A stretch of DNA of 60,129 nt, taken from NCBI RefSeq assembly GCF_001447785.1, contig NW_015167075.1, positions 656,632 through 716,760 on the forward strand. Direction: 5' to 3'. Below the pieces are notes generated by a model. It made no database searches, had not been told where the DNA came from, and saw nothing but the letters and a program-made list of their open reading frames with translations. The DNA comes from Gekko japonicus (taxonomy: Eukaryota). Positions 23,436 through 36,525 of this stretch are shown in pieces (position 1 is the stretch's first letter; each line of letters begins with the position of its first letter). The translations under genes and the position numbers were made by a program.

Positions 23436-23828
23436 CAGGGCTTTTTTTGTAGAAAAAGCCCAGCAGGAACTCATTAGCATAATAGGCCACACCCAACAGC
23501 AGACACTCATTAGCATATTAGGCCACACCCTTGACAGCACAGCACATTAGCATATTAGGCCGTACCCCCATGTTACCAGAAGTGTGGTCATCCAACCACA
23601 CACCCCCTTTTGCTTCTTATTCTGTTTACCTTGTTGTCAAAACCCAGAGCTTTTTTTGTAGCAGGAACTCCTTTGCATGTTAGGCCACACACCCCTAATG
23701 TAGCCAATTCTAATGAGTTTCCGCTGTTGGGTGTGGCCTATTATGCTAATGAGTTCCTGCTGGGTGTGGCCAACTCAGGAGCCAGCCGGAACTCTGTTCC
23801 TGTGCGTTCCTGCCCCAAAATAGCCCTG
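23436..23828. mobile_element. hAT MITE (rearranged)
   Basis: TIRs cagggctttttt / aaaatagccctg; perfect TSD CCAGGAAG (23428-23435 and 23829-23836). Confidence 0.9.
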
Positions 23829-24137
23829 CCAGGAAGTATGACCTCAGTGCAGAGAATCACTGATCTAGGCTTTCCATTGTTCTTCCATATAGTATTTTAA
23901 TAGTCCCTATTGGAAAATAGAAGCATCTTATTTTAGTTATGCTACTCTTGCAGTACTAATTTACCATGAGCCATTACTACTATTCTAGGCCCATCTCTTC
24001 TTTCTCCCCTCTACCAAATACTCTACTGATGCTAACAGAAAGTTCAGGGGCTACGATTCCAGGGTTCCTTGCACAATAACAGTACTAATCTACAAATCAG
24101 TCTGTAATATTGGTACTGAGATTCTCAGCATAGCTAA

Positions 24138-24344
24138 CAGTTGCTCCCTCTAAGCTGTGGAGTCTTGTGAGCAAAAATTCTACTTTGTGAGCTACTGCCA
24201 TTAAAGTTGTTAGCAAGCAATTTGGCTGCTGCGTAAATTAGCTTGCTTTGGAGCCATCCTTCCTGAGCTAAGATGAAAATGTGTGAGCCAGAGGCTAAAA
24301 AACTGTGAGCTAGCTCACACTAACTCAGCTTAGAGGGAACACTT
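24138..24344. mobile_element. hAT (Tip100-like) MITE
   Basis: cagttgctccctctaagctg ... cagcttagagggaacact inverted termini. Confidence 0.75.
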
Positions 24345-25679
24345 GTTTAGATTTCTTACAACAATGCTGCTCACAGTTATAAATCTGGTTTTGACCCATG
24401 AGTTTTAATTGCTGGCATCTATTTACATAGTTTGCTGTAGAAATTAAAAGCATTTACTAGTCAGGAGGCAAATATGCTCTGTTTATTGAATGCTTAAAAT
24501 GATTTTCAGACTTTGCATCTTCAGGTAACTCTCTCCAGATCAGTTTTCTTCTGAGAGCTTCCTGTGGTTAAGAGGAGTCCTAGGCTATCAGAGGATTATG
24601 GGACATATTGTAGGGTACACAAACAGTTTGTGAAAAACACTGGCCAAGCCTGTTGGACCTCATTATTGCTCTGTTCCAGTGTCCTCTGGAACAAAGCTAG
24701 CTCTTCACTATGGCCGTCCACCATCGGGAAGAATCTGGACAAGCTGTGTTTTAGGAGTATTTGTCCAGTATTATTGCTAATCCCATTGAGGATCCTCTGA
24801 TAGACTATCAAGCAACTACAAGGTTCCTCTGAACAACTTTGAAAACCACTGGCTTTGTAATTTTTTGTTAAGTGTGCTAAGAAACAAAATTAACTTGTCA
24901 CTTTGAAACTTTGTAAAGCTTAAGCGTTATAAAGGATAGCCATCTTAGGATCTTACACTTTCATTTGAAATTTCCTACCTTCAGCTGTTGTCCAGCTTTA
25001 ATTACATCTCTTGCTCCTCCTCAAAGTGCAGGGAATCCCTCAAGGTGCTCATTACTGTTTTATAGGCTTTCCTCTGACCTTGCATTTAGGGCTCTCTGAG
25101 TTCTTGTACTCAGTTTGTGTCCCTGTAAGGTATCAGCAAAATTCTGCATGTAAATGTAATCAGAAGGAAAACTCATATAAGCAAGACAAACTTTCTCACT
25201 ATGATTCAACAGAATTAACAAGGTTGTCCACTTAACTATACTTTTGCTGTTGCTGATTATGTTTGCCGCTTCCAATCGACCTCAACATCATTAAGATGGA
25301 ATGCTCAGGCTGGCAATCAAGCAGAATAAAGTTCTCAAAATATCATGTTATTGCTACACAATAGTGAAAACATCCTCCCTCCCCCTGCCTTTTCCTCCTG
25401 TAGTTGCTTGTGCAGCACTGTTTTAGATAACTAAGCACTGTATTAACTTCCTGTTCTTGCCAGCAGGAACAAATGGATGTCTGAACTGTTCAAAAATGTG
25501 CACAGACACAACACTAGAAATGATATGAAAATTCTTCCCCTCTCTCAAAACTTTTGCATTCCTAGATTTATGCATCTTTCGCTTACATTGTGCATCAAAA
25601 AGGGCAGCCAATTTAAGTAATTTTGCCTTTTTCTCTCAGCGTACAAGGTCATTAATTGCTATTGGGACCTTCGTAAACT

Positions 25680-25811
25680 NNNNNNNNNNNNNNNNNNNNN
25701 NNNNNNNNNNNNNNNNNNNNNNNNNNNNNNNNNNNNNNNNNNNNNNNNNNNNNNNNNNNNNNNNNNNNNNNNNNNNNNNNNNNNNNNNNNNNNNNNNNNN
25801 NNNNNNNNNNN
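25680..25811. other. Assembly gap (132 N)
   Basis: Run of N. Confidence 1.
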
Positions 25812-26467
25812 CCTACTGATGTTTTATGGGCCTTTTTGTGTCCTTTGGTATAGTTTACCATTTGTGTGTTTCCCAATGGGTCTTCTTTTCAGAACTCAGA
25901 GTGGGATTTTCTTTTTCCAGAGTGATAAAGCTAGTTATACATCATGTGAAAGGTTAATGACTATTTTCAAAAAGAGCATATGCTTAAAGTCGTAGGGTGA
26001 AAGTTATAGGAAAGAACCATTACGTAAAATCATATACTACTTTCTAATATTCTGAATTATAGGGTACAGATGCTTGTCACGTGTGGAGCAGGTAAATTAA
26101 AGAGCTATGTTTAAACAAATCAGTGGTGGAAAAATGAGATGCAGCTACCAACATCTTAGACAAACACCACATAATAAGCCCATTTTGAATGTTATGACTA
26201 TGATTGGCATCATCTACATATACATGTTTCCTTTGCTCAGGAAACGGTGGTGATCCCTTGCAGTTTCCCTTCTCTGTGTGGGTGTGTTTTCAGTGGACTT
26301 CCTAATAAAGAGGATTTTGCAGGGCAGAGGACTGGAGCAAACTAGACAACCAGACTGTATTTTACTAGTCCAACTAATAAACTAATATTGAAGCCTGAAA
26401 AGTAAGGAAAGTCCAGGTTATGCCTTTGCTCCAACCCAGGGGCTGGGAAAACATAGTGGTAAAACAT

Positions 26468-26582
26468 AGATCCAGGTGGTCAGCCATGCTGGTCTGAAGC
26501 AGAAGAACAAATTTAGAGTCCAGTGGCACCTTTAAGACCAACAAAGGTTTGTTCAAGGTAAGAGCACAAGCTCATTCCTTGA
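26468..26582. mobile_element. Penelope-like element terminal (pLTR) relic
   Basis: agatccaggtggtcagccatgctggtctgaagcag...gagtccagtggcacctttaagaccaacaaa, a squamate Penelope-like terminal sequence recognised from memory. Confidence 0.5.
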
Positions 26583-27124
26583 ATATTTCTCGATGCTTGG
26601 GGATCCAACACACTAGACGCTAAATTTGTTCTAGTGGTAACATTTTACATATCATAGGTTCAGTCCCTGGCATCTCCAAATAAAAGTTATAAAATATATT
26701 TCTCTGTCTGAGACCCCGGAGAACCAGTACCAATCCAAATAGGGAATATTGTACTAGATGGACTGATGTATAGGGAGTCCTCTTGACTCCACCCAGGTCT
26801 TGCAGTTTCTGCCTTCATTCTGCCATAACTGGCCTTCAAAAGCTGGCAGTCCCAGAGCTTCAGAGAATATATTTTGTGGATATATGGGTAGGAAAATGTA
26901 GGGGCTATGAGCACGTGCATGGGTTTAAAAAGAGATTGCATTCTTCATGACTGAAAAATATGGATGAGGAGCAGCAGGAGCAGTAAGGGAATTTATGAAT
27001 GTTGACTGAAGAAAGCATGTGAAGTCACTATCCAGGTTCTAAAATGCGAAAAGAAGAGTGATTGTGCAGATGGTAATTGTAGAGTGGACACAGGACACAA
27101 CACAGTATTGCTCATAGAGGGCTT

Positions 27125-27933
27125 TAGGGTTGCCTAATGCCTGCTAGGGAAGGGAAATTTCCTGCCCCCATCAGTTCTTGCATGAGTGGCCAGCAAGAGG
27201 AAAAAGAAAATTGTAGTTGGTGATGGCGTGACATCATTTCCAGGGAAACCTAAAAGTGATGTCATAGTTCTCTAGGAATTTCCAGAAATTCTATGGTAAA
27301 ACCCCAGCTCTCTGGGAATCACCAAAAACACTACAATTTTACCATAGAGTTTCTGGCAATTCCTAGAGAATCATGACATCAATTCTGGTTTTTCCTGAAA
27401 ATGACATCATGCCATCACCAACAACAAATAATGCCATGCCATCAGAAACAGTTTTTTCTTTCTCTTTTCTCTCTCTGTTTTCTTTTACCTTAGAGTTTCT
27501 GGCAATTCCCAGAGAGGCATGATGTCACTTGAGGGTTTTCCAGGGAGTGATGTCATGTTGTCATTGACTGCTACCCCTCCGTGTCCCCAACCCAGTCTTC
27601 TGCTGTTTGCCAGGCCAGGCCTGACAACCCTACCTGGCAACCAGCAGGTGATGGGACAGAGACATGGGAAGGCCTGCCATTGGTGATGTTGTGCCAGGTA
27701 AACCCAGAAGTAACATCACTCTTCTGTATGAATCAATAGAAAAGCTATCTGTGTCCCTGCCCCCTATAAACCAGAGGTAAAACTGCAGAATTGCTCGAGA
27801 GAAGTGATGTCACTTCTGAGTTTTCATTGGAAATGATGTCATACCATCTGGCCAAACACCTTTTAATTTTTTTCTTCTGTTGCTGCACAGAGCAATGACA
27901 GTAAATGGTAGGTAGGGTAGCTTGGCAGCCCTA
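27125..27933. mobile_element. Palindromic hAT-like MITE(s), composite
   Basis: tagggttgcc at 27125; right TIR-like ends at 27632 (gacaacccta) and 27933 (ggcagcccta); long internal inverted arms. Confidence 0.65.
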
Positions 27934-27966
27934 TGTGTAGTAAACCCACACTCATGTGATAACCCC

Positions 27967-28270
27967 AGAAGAAGAAGGAGGAAGAGGAGAAGGAGGAGGA
28001 GGAGATTGGATTTAGACCCCGCCCTTCACTACCTAAAGGAGTCTCAGAGCAGCTTACAAGCCCTTTCCCTTCCCCTCCCCACAACAGGCACCCTATTAAG
28101 TAGGTGAGGCTGAGAGAGCTCTTTTGAGGATTGCTCGTGAGAGAACAGCTCTGAAAGAACTTGCAACTGACCCAATGTCACACCAGCAGCTGCATGTGGA
28201 GGAGTGGGGAATCAAATCCAGTTCTTCCAGATTAGAGGCCGTGCTCCTAACCACTACACCAAACTGGCTA
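27967..28270 (-). mobile_element. tRNA/CORE SINE with (TCT/TCC)n tail
   Basis: Reverse complement reads ccagtttggtgtagtggttagg...; GAA/GGA microsatellite tail at 27967-28004; same family as 44454-44738. Confidence 0.85.
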
Positions 28271-30683
28271 CAACTACAAACTACACCATCTAAAAGTTGT
28301 TAACCTGTGTTGTATCCAGGCTAAGCCTTTGCTTGCCAAAAAGGAGCTTTTGAATTTTTACTCTGGGAAAGACACTTCCAGGGAAAAGAGAGAACTATAC
28401 ACTAATATAATATATAGAATCATAATTTTTTGAGGTTTTATTAGTACATAAACTTTAACAAGGATTCTCCTTTTTCAGTTACTTTCAGGGTTCTCAAATC
28501 CATCCCTCAACATGAAGAAATGCATCAAACACATGTAACATGGCTTGTCCTACATCTTATACACAATAAAGCATGACATTATTTAAAGCAGTAGGAAGCA
28601 CAAGTAACATAAAAATAATATAGCAGCATAGTGAGCAACATATATCTCACCAATTCCAACAATTTGGTAGGAGAATGGCTCACCTTCACATGGCCTCTTA
28701 AAGATCCCTGTAAAAATAGAAGTGAGGTGCAGAGAGTACAAGTCCCTCAACCACCCGACCTCTATTGAATTCCGTCTCTTCTTTTATAGTCTTTTTGGTA
28801 TGTCTTCCCACTATCTGCTCCAATCAGATCCTTCCAGCCCATCTATCTGAACCAATCAGAATTCTTCCAACCCCCTTGGATTCCCACAAACCTAATAACC
28901 TCATCTTTGGCAAGAGAAGTTCATCAGTTTGTGTAAGCAGACCTCAATATGTATTCTGTTTAGATTTTCCTCTTATCAGTGACCTTTACGTAACAGATAT
29001 CCTGTATGTCCTGTTCAGATTGTGACCTTTTGCTAATAATCTAAACTTTGACTCAGTCTGGGTTGTTTCTCTAAACTCAGCTGTCCTTGTTATTGTTTCC
29101 TGAGTGACAGCATCCATCTTGGGACCAGTCTACCAGACGTCCCTAACAGGCACCTTGGCTATCTAATCTAACAAGACTCTTATATTCTTATATCCATATA
29201 CTCATTTAACTTGTTATTTGATCCAGCAAGACCCTTTATACATATATATTCATTTGAATAACAAAGAAATCTCTCCTGAACCTTGCTCTTGTGGGTCCCT
29301 GGTGGCCAGGAGTAAACAGAATCAAATCCCAACAATTTCCCAAGACTCAGGGGTCCTAAGCCCCTTGACTACATTGGCAGTTGGGTTTGGCTTATCAAAG
29401 TGCAACGTGGTTCTCATATTGATTCACACATTCATGCCCTTAGATGTTAATGGGCCTATTCCATATTTAATGCTGCTTTTGGCAGTTTTGCTCTGATGTG
29501 TTTTTGTGCTAGTGGTCTTTTATATTTACTGTTTTTAATCTAAGGTTATAAACTACCTGGAGAATAGTACAGGATAGAATTAGAATTGTGCAGGATAGAA
29601 GCAATTTAAATAAATATATTTAAAACCCAACTATCAGAGTTTTAACAATTATTTTATGACCTTTATGTGGTTGATGTCATCTGTTCAGCTACTATGATTC
29701 AAAAGTGAATTTAGAACTATATGAATTGAGTATGTTACAGATTGCACCTCTGATAACTAAGAGATGGGTCACACAATGATTTTTCCCTCCATGAAATCAG
29801 ACACATTGCCCCATACTCATATGAAAGTTTATTGGTGTAAACATTTCCAAGTACAGCTGGAAATGTTTTCCCATGCCAAAACAGTGCTTGCTCCAGACTC
29901 CATGATAACAAGTATCACTGTGAGTGGCTCAAATTTTAATTTGCATTAACTGATAGAGCCCCTGATTGGACTCCTTGATGGTTTTGTTCATAGTTTGAAT
30001 CATATGATTAGATTTTGTCATTACCCCTTTCTTCTGTACCAATCTGCCGCAGCATCTCCTTTGAAAAGAGAGAGAGAGAGAAAGAGAGAGAGAGAAATTT
30101 CAGTGGAGAATTACTACTTAGTGTCTTGGTGTCTGCTCATGAACCCAGTTAACCATGTAATCCCATACTGCAACAACTTCTCAAGCAGACTGCATGGACA
30201 CAGTATCCAGACCATGTATTCTATCCAATGTTTAAAGGATGAATCTGACTCTACAGGTGCAAAGAGGGAACAACCACTAGTGATTCTGTGCTTTATACTA
30301 TTTGGTTAGTTTAATGGTGCAAATGATCATGACCCTGCAGGATATTGCCTTTTCTCCAATAAATGAGATGATTTCATTCTTGGAATTGGCAAAAGCAGCC
30401 ACAAGCTGCAATGACAAAGTAGCTACTGTGCAGACAGAGTGCCGATTAGCATGGTATTGTGCTCATGACAAACTCAACAGAAAACATCGAGCCAATTGAA
30501 TCAGGAGGCCACCTTGCATATAACTAAGGGAGCTCAAACAATGTTCATTTGGTGAGCATGTTCACTATGAAGTTCTTAGCATGGCTGCAGTGGTTCAGGA
30601 ATTTTGCCAGTCACAGTTGTGAATATGGGAGCAGATGTATGCCCTGCATGAATTTCATGACTTTCTACAACAAATTGATCCCA

Positions 30684-31412
30684 GGCTGCATTCAGATGGG
30701 CTGTTCAATCTGCTGTTGCCCTGCCTCTAATTGAGCCAGGTTATTTTGTTCTGATCAGGCTCACCCCTTTTAGCACTCTTCAAAGTGCTTTTACATGATC
30801 AGATGGCAGCAGGCAGGGAGTCAGCCTGTCAGCCATTTTTTAAAAAAAGTTTTTCTCAGAGCATGCCCACAAGCACTGGTCAGCCTGCTGGGATATGTAG
30901 TTTATGTGGCTATCAGCCATTTTTTTAAAAAAAAATTGCCCCACTTGCTGAGACTGCTGGGATATGGAGTCCACTGCCATCCTTCCTCTAATTTTTTCAA
31001 TTCACCCATTCCCCAAAGGACAAGAAAAAGCTATCTTTCTTTGAGAGTTTTTAAAAAGAAAACAAAATTTTGAGCAGCCCCGGTGTGGGTGTGTGTGGGG
31101 GAGAGGTGTCCATATGCAGTTATGTGCACCTCGCTAACTAGTAAAAACAAATGGTCGATGGAAAACAAGAGACCAGTCAGACCTGCCTGATGGCTTGGGT
31201 GTGCAACAGAGCAATCAGACAACACGAAATCCATTTTGGAACCAGCTCAGACCAACAGGACTGGACTTTCTTAGGTATCAAAGAAACATGCAGCAAAGGG
31301 GGGGGCAGGACTCAGATGACTGGGGAATGACAGACAGATGTTGCTCTCTGATCATGCATTTTAAATCCATAAGGGGACAGCAACGGATAAAACTGCCCGT
31401 CTGAACGCAGCC
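30684..31412. mobile_element. PIF/Harbinger-like non-autonomous element
   Basis: 18-bp TIRs ggctgcattcagatgggc / gcccgtctgaacgcagcc (2 CpG-type mismatches); 3-bp TSD CCA. Confidence 0.75.
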
Positions 31413-31594
31413 CCAGCCATTACCTCAACAACTTCCTTTTTATAGAAAATACACTGATCACCAGCTATGTTAAAGAACTGTGGCTTACACCTAGGTAAAA
31501 GACCTCCTGAGAATGAAACCTTATGTCAGCCATGAAGGAAAAGCAGGGTATAAGTGAAATACATAGAAGAGAGATGTTAATTTCCTTTGGGTCA

Positions 31595-31775
31595 AACATG
31601 AAGCTTCCGTATACCGAATCAGACCATTGGTCTATCTACTCAGACTGACAGCGGCTCTCCATTGTCTCAGGCAGAGGTCTTTCACATCACCCATTCCTCT
31701 CAACTGGAGATGCTGGGGACTGAACCTTCTGCATGCAAAGCAGATGTTCTACCACTGAGCCACTGTCCCTCCCCA
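31595..31775 (-). mobile_element. tRNA-derived SINE with CR1-like tail (Squam2-like)
   Basis: Reverse complement reads gtggctcagtggtagaacatctgctttgcatgcagaaggttcagtccccagcatctccag. A plus-strand remnant lies at about 26655-26775. Confidence 0.7.
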
Positions 31776-32447
31776 AAGTAAGGTATTTATGTTGGCCCAC
31801 AAATCTCTTAATTGATGTGCCTTTGGTAAATAAATTAATTAGAATGCTTTATCATACTGTCAAAAATTCAAAAAAGTAAACAAAAGTAAGAAACCACAAC
31901 ATCCTTTAGTCTTCAAAGCAGAATAATACAGTAAAAGAACAAGTGCTCCTTTTGTCATGAATTCATGTGAACAAAAGGCAGTCTTAGTTATTGTGCACTA
32001 CTGAGAAGCAAATAGGCTATTCCCATCTAACAAACCAAAACAATCTTTTAAGGGGTAGTTCTTTTTTGAAAAGTGACTTTGTGAAAGTGGCGTCATACGG
32101 TTCCACATTTATTGAGTTGCAATGATTTCCATATGAGACTTTTACAGTTTGCAAGGAAATAATAAATTTTGTCCCCCTAAATGTCAAACATATAACCCAT
32201 CCTGGGCATTGTGGTTCCAGCTGAGATCTGCCTGTTCAATGCATCATCTTCTGTAAAAGATGTTCTGGTTAGATTAGTCTCTTGGATAGTTAAACATTCC
32301 CACTGCATTTACTGGCTCTTCTTGAGTACTGCAAAAAGCATATTCTAAAGACAAAGGCATTGGTAATGTGTAACCAAGGGGCAGTATGTGATTGTATCAG
32401 TACCCCCAAGTAAGGATACAAGAGCTGATATGCAGGCTAACTAAGAA

Positions 32448-32668
32448 AGCCAGTGTGGTGTAGTGGTTACAGTGTAAGAAAGGTATCTGGGAGACCCAGG
32501 TTTGAATCCCCACTCTGCCATGGAAGTTTGCTGGGTGACCTTGGACCAGTCACATACTCTCAGCTTAAGTCACTTCACAGGGTTGTTGTGAGGATAAAGT
32601 GGAGGAGAGGAGAATGATGTGGGGAGAACGTCAGGGTTATAAATGTAGTAAGTAAGTATGTAAATAAA
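32448..32668 (+). mobile_element. tRNA/CORE SINE (Squam3-like)
   Basis: agccagtgtggtgtagtggtt, ggtttgaatccc, CORE region, (TAAG/TAAA)n tail. Confidence 0.85.
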
Positions 32669-33339
32669 CTGGATTATTAATGGATGGTCTACATCAAGTA
32701 AACATTTGTGAATTCATCTGAGTTGCTTCTAACAAGCATCATACTGCTGCCACCAGCATTTTGAGAAAACACAAGTTTGGCTCCAAATTTAGCCAGAGTT
32801 GCCACTGGCTTCATTTATCCTCACCTGCTTGTAAAACAGTGGAAATAGATATTAAGCCTCACCCCCCCATGTGCTGTTTCAGAAACGAAAGGCTTGACAG
32901 ATGCTTTAAAGCCTCCAATGGCACCCTCTGCCAGCCCACCAGGCCATTCAAGCCAATGATGGGATAGCTTGGGAACAGATTTCCATTCTTCAATTGTGCA
33001 GGGTGCTTGCCAATTAGTCTTACCCACAGTGTAGCAACTTGCATTAATACTGAAAAAACTAGTTATGGCCTAATCAGTCAAAGACCAAGCCTAACTAAAG
33101 AATACTACTACTGAATGCCACCATCATTTGCACTGTTTTTATTAGCACTTTACGATGTTTGTAGGTTGTATATATTTATTTTATTGTATTTTATTGTATT
33201 TACTGTTTTATTGCATTTAATGTTTGTACGCTGCCTTGAGCCAGTTCCCCGGCAAGGTGGGATATAAATTGAAAATAATAAATAAATACTCACCAGGACA
33301 CTGTGGAGCAGATGGAGAATAGTCCTATTCCACGCCAAT

Positions 33340-34835
33340 TTGAAAGAGGTCCCAAAATTCCTCTTCAGCCCTTCAAAAGGTTACTTGGCAAAGTGATTGA
33401 GGGAGCAATATGGGCCAACTCCATGTCTTTTTGGATAACTCATCTTCTCTAGACCCTTTTCAGTCTGGCTTCAAGGCCAGGCTATGGGACAGAGATGGCT
33501 CTGCTAGCTTTAGCTGACAACCTCCATCTGAGTCTAGACAAAGATCACACCACTTTGTTGCTCTTGTTGGACTTATCTGCAGCCTTTGATATGGCAGAGC
33601 ATACCATCTTATTGAGGCACTTGGAAGCAGAAATAGGTATCCAGGGATGCACACTGAACTGGTTCAAATCATTACTCATGGATCAGACTCAAAGTGTTGC
33701 TGTTGGAGACCAGTTGTCATCAGTGTGGAACCTTTCCTGTGGGGCTCAATAGGGTGCAATTCTATCCCCCCATGCTTTTCAATCTCTATGTAAAACCCTT
33801 AGGACAGATCATTCATAGCTTTGGGTTAGATGATATCAATATGTGGATGATACCCAGCTGGTTGGGAAAGTGTAGGTCTTGAAGGACACTGTGCTCCCCG
33901 CTTTTGATGGAGTGCAGCTGACTATTACCAACTCAGTTAAGAAACTTGGGGTTATACTGGACCCGACTTTATTATTGGAGAAGCAAGTTAAGGTGCTTGG
34001 AGGGAAAATAAGGCTTTCTTCCAACTCAGCCTAGTCTGAAAAAATGGCCCCTTACCTTGATCTGGCTGATCTGGCCATCTGGTTCCATTCCATAGTAACA
34101 TCAAGACTAGAGTACTGCAATGCACTGTACATTGGTCTCCTCTCAAAATCAATCCAGAAACTCCAGTTGGTGCAGAATACTGCAGCTCAGCGATTATTGG
34201 GAGCTAGATGGAACACTCATATGACTCCCATCCTGCAGGCACTACACTGGCTGCTCATCAGGTATTGGGTCCAGTGAAAGGTAGTGACTATCACATGCAA
34301 AGCCCTTCATGGCCTTGGACCCTCATATCTGTGAGACTGCCTCTCTCCCCATGCTTCGCTCATTGGAGCAGGGCCTTCTGCAGGTACCAACCTGCAAATG
34401 GACAAAATCACCTACTCCCTGTACATGTACCTTCTCCATTTTGGCCCCCAGTTTATGGAATGGCTTACCTGAGGAGGTCAGGAAGGCTCCCACTCTTTGC
34501 AAATTATGCAAAACTGAACTATTCCAGAGGGCTTTTCTATGCAGGCAATAGAGCCTCACTGTACTAAATGTTTCACAAAGCTACTTGGATAAATTATTAG
34601 GGACTGTGGTCTATGCCACTGTGTATAGCTTGCTGAAACTAGGATCCTACTACGGATTTTTTGCATCATTAAAGTGTCATGTTAAAACTTATGCTTTGCT
34701 TCAGTTCTGTTTTTAGATTTCCTATTGCATTGTTCATTAAATGTCCCATCCTGTTGATTGTACTGACTCACTCTGTTGTACTCTGCCTTGAATCCAAGTG
34801 AGAAAGGCAGACTATAAAAAATGTAAATAAATAAT
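33340..34835 (+). mobile_element. 5'-truncated, decayed L2 LINE (RT region to 3' end)
   Basis: DPFQSGF, 'LLLLDLSAAFD', 'SRLEYCNALYIGL', 'KLQLVQNTAA', 'PILQALHWL', 'APSLWNGLP'; 3' end gccttgaatcc...gaaaggcagactataaa...taaataaataa. Confidence 0.9.
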
Positions 34836-36338
34836 TAACCCTACATTATTCATAGGAACAATATGCGGCAACAGCCTACTGAAGAAAGCAGGGCAGAGCC
34901 TAGATATCTTCTCTGGCCACCATCCAATTGGCTGCTCCACACAAGGCTGCAAACAGCCAGTCATGCTCTCGTGCCTTAGTGAAAATTGGGACTGGCACAA
35001 ACCAGTAGCCCAGCCCCACAGGCTAGGAACTAAGTTCTGTAGAACTTGTATTTTACAGTTTTACAGAAAACCCCCCCCAGCAAACTGGGACAGGTTGAGG
35101 TAGGATACTTTGTGATCCTTATAAGCTGACTTTTGTGACTCAGAGGTCACAACAGAAGATCCTGAGACAACCAAAAGGTTACTTGGGATCAAATTTAGCT
35201 CAATGTGCTTTTGAAAAGCTTTAGTTCTGTGACCCTCAGCATGCAGTCAAGTGTCCAAGTCACCTCAGTCTTTCTTTTAGCTGTTATTATTCAGAGTGAA
35301 GTCAGCTGGTGAAGATGCTTCCTAGAGCCAATATATTTTATGACTGTGGATTTTGCAAAGTGGAGCAGTGGCCTCTACCCCCTTCCTGAAGCAAGTCTTT
35401 CTGAACAGCATTTAGGTCCCTGGGCTTGACCAATATATAGTAGTAATTGGGTCCATGCAAGAAAAGAAACTCTATTGACCTTCAAACGCAATATGGCTTT
35501 TGGCCTTGACAGGCTTTTGTAATTCAGATCTACTCTCTGAAGACTGAGATGGAGTCATCCGTCCATGTTCTGGTGAGACAAGTTAAGCCAGAAATTCAGC
35601 ACTTCATTAGCAGTCAGTCTTCTGCAGATAATATATGTGGGTGGGTTATGGGACAGCCACTGGAAAAGTTGGAATAATACATTTCTCTCCATGGATTGTG
35701 TGACTGAGAGATGTACCAGAAATATTAGAAATTTGAAAAATACCAGGAGAGGTGAGCACTGTGAGTCTTTGGTTTCAGTTTTATAGAAACTGTAGCATTC
35801 TGAATTTTTAAAAAATTAATTAGACTAAATGAAGGTGTTCAGTAGAGCTGTGTAAAGATTCTGAGACTTGGATTTTGCAATCAGTAAAGTGGAAAGGTTT
35901 TGCTGCTGCATGACTGCCTCCTTCTGCACACTATTCACTTCTTCTAGTTTCTTTTCTTCTGATACTCCTAGGTCTCTGTGGCACAATTTTAAATCATACT
36001 TTTCTGTGTACAGCTGCATATATAAAAATGGGCATGGCCCATAAATTACAAAAAAAAAAAGGATATGTGGAAAGAGTAAGTGCAGCAAGTTGGGGCTAGC
36101 ACTTGTGCTCCCTTTTGAGTCTGCTGGGTTTCTTCCAGACTGGGACAGATTCACATCTACAGGTGTAGTGATGCAATTTGTGCAGGTATTGGGATGCAGT
36201 TTTCCTATTCTGCCTCCTAGCCCATAGAACGTCTACACAAAGCCTGGAAGAAATCATGGGGGAGGTGATGCCTCACACTTGCTCGTGTGTTGTGGAAGCA
36301 GCAGAAGCAACTTGGGATACCTCTGTGTTTAACATAGT

Positions 36339-36525
36339 TTCAGGAGGATAGCTATGTTGGTCTTCAGTAGAGTAGTCTCAAGAGACCAACAACATTTTTG
36401 GAGTATAAGCTTTTAAGAGAGGCAAAGCTCCCTATGTCAGACACAAGGAGAGCTTTGACTCTTCAAAGCTTATACTCTAAACATTTTCTTGATCTCTAAG
36501 TGGCTACTGGACCCAAAGATAGCTC
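36339..36525. mobile_element. Inverted (palindromic) Penelope-like terminal relic
   Basis: Arms 36381-36431 and 36447-36497 are imperfect inverted repeats (gagtataagcttt..caaagctc / gagctttg..aaagcttatactc). Confidence 0.55.

Noticed and set aside
28430-29335. Possible solo LTR
   Set aside because: It has tttatt, CCAAT boxes and a ...cccaaca end, but the left boundary and TSD could not be established.
30302-30499. ORF track lists the 65-aa MVSLMVQ... ORF on the minus strand
   Set aside because: The peptide reads directly from the plus strand (ttg gtt agt tta atg). The strand label looks wrong, and the ORF has no recognisable homology.
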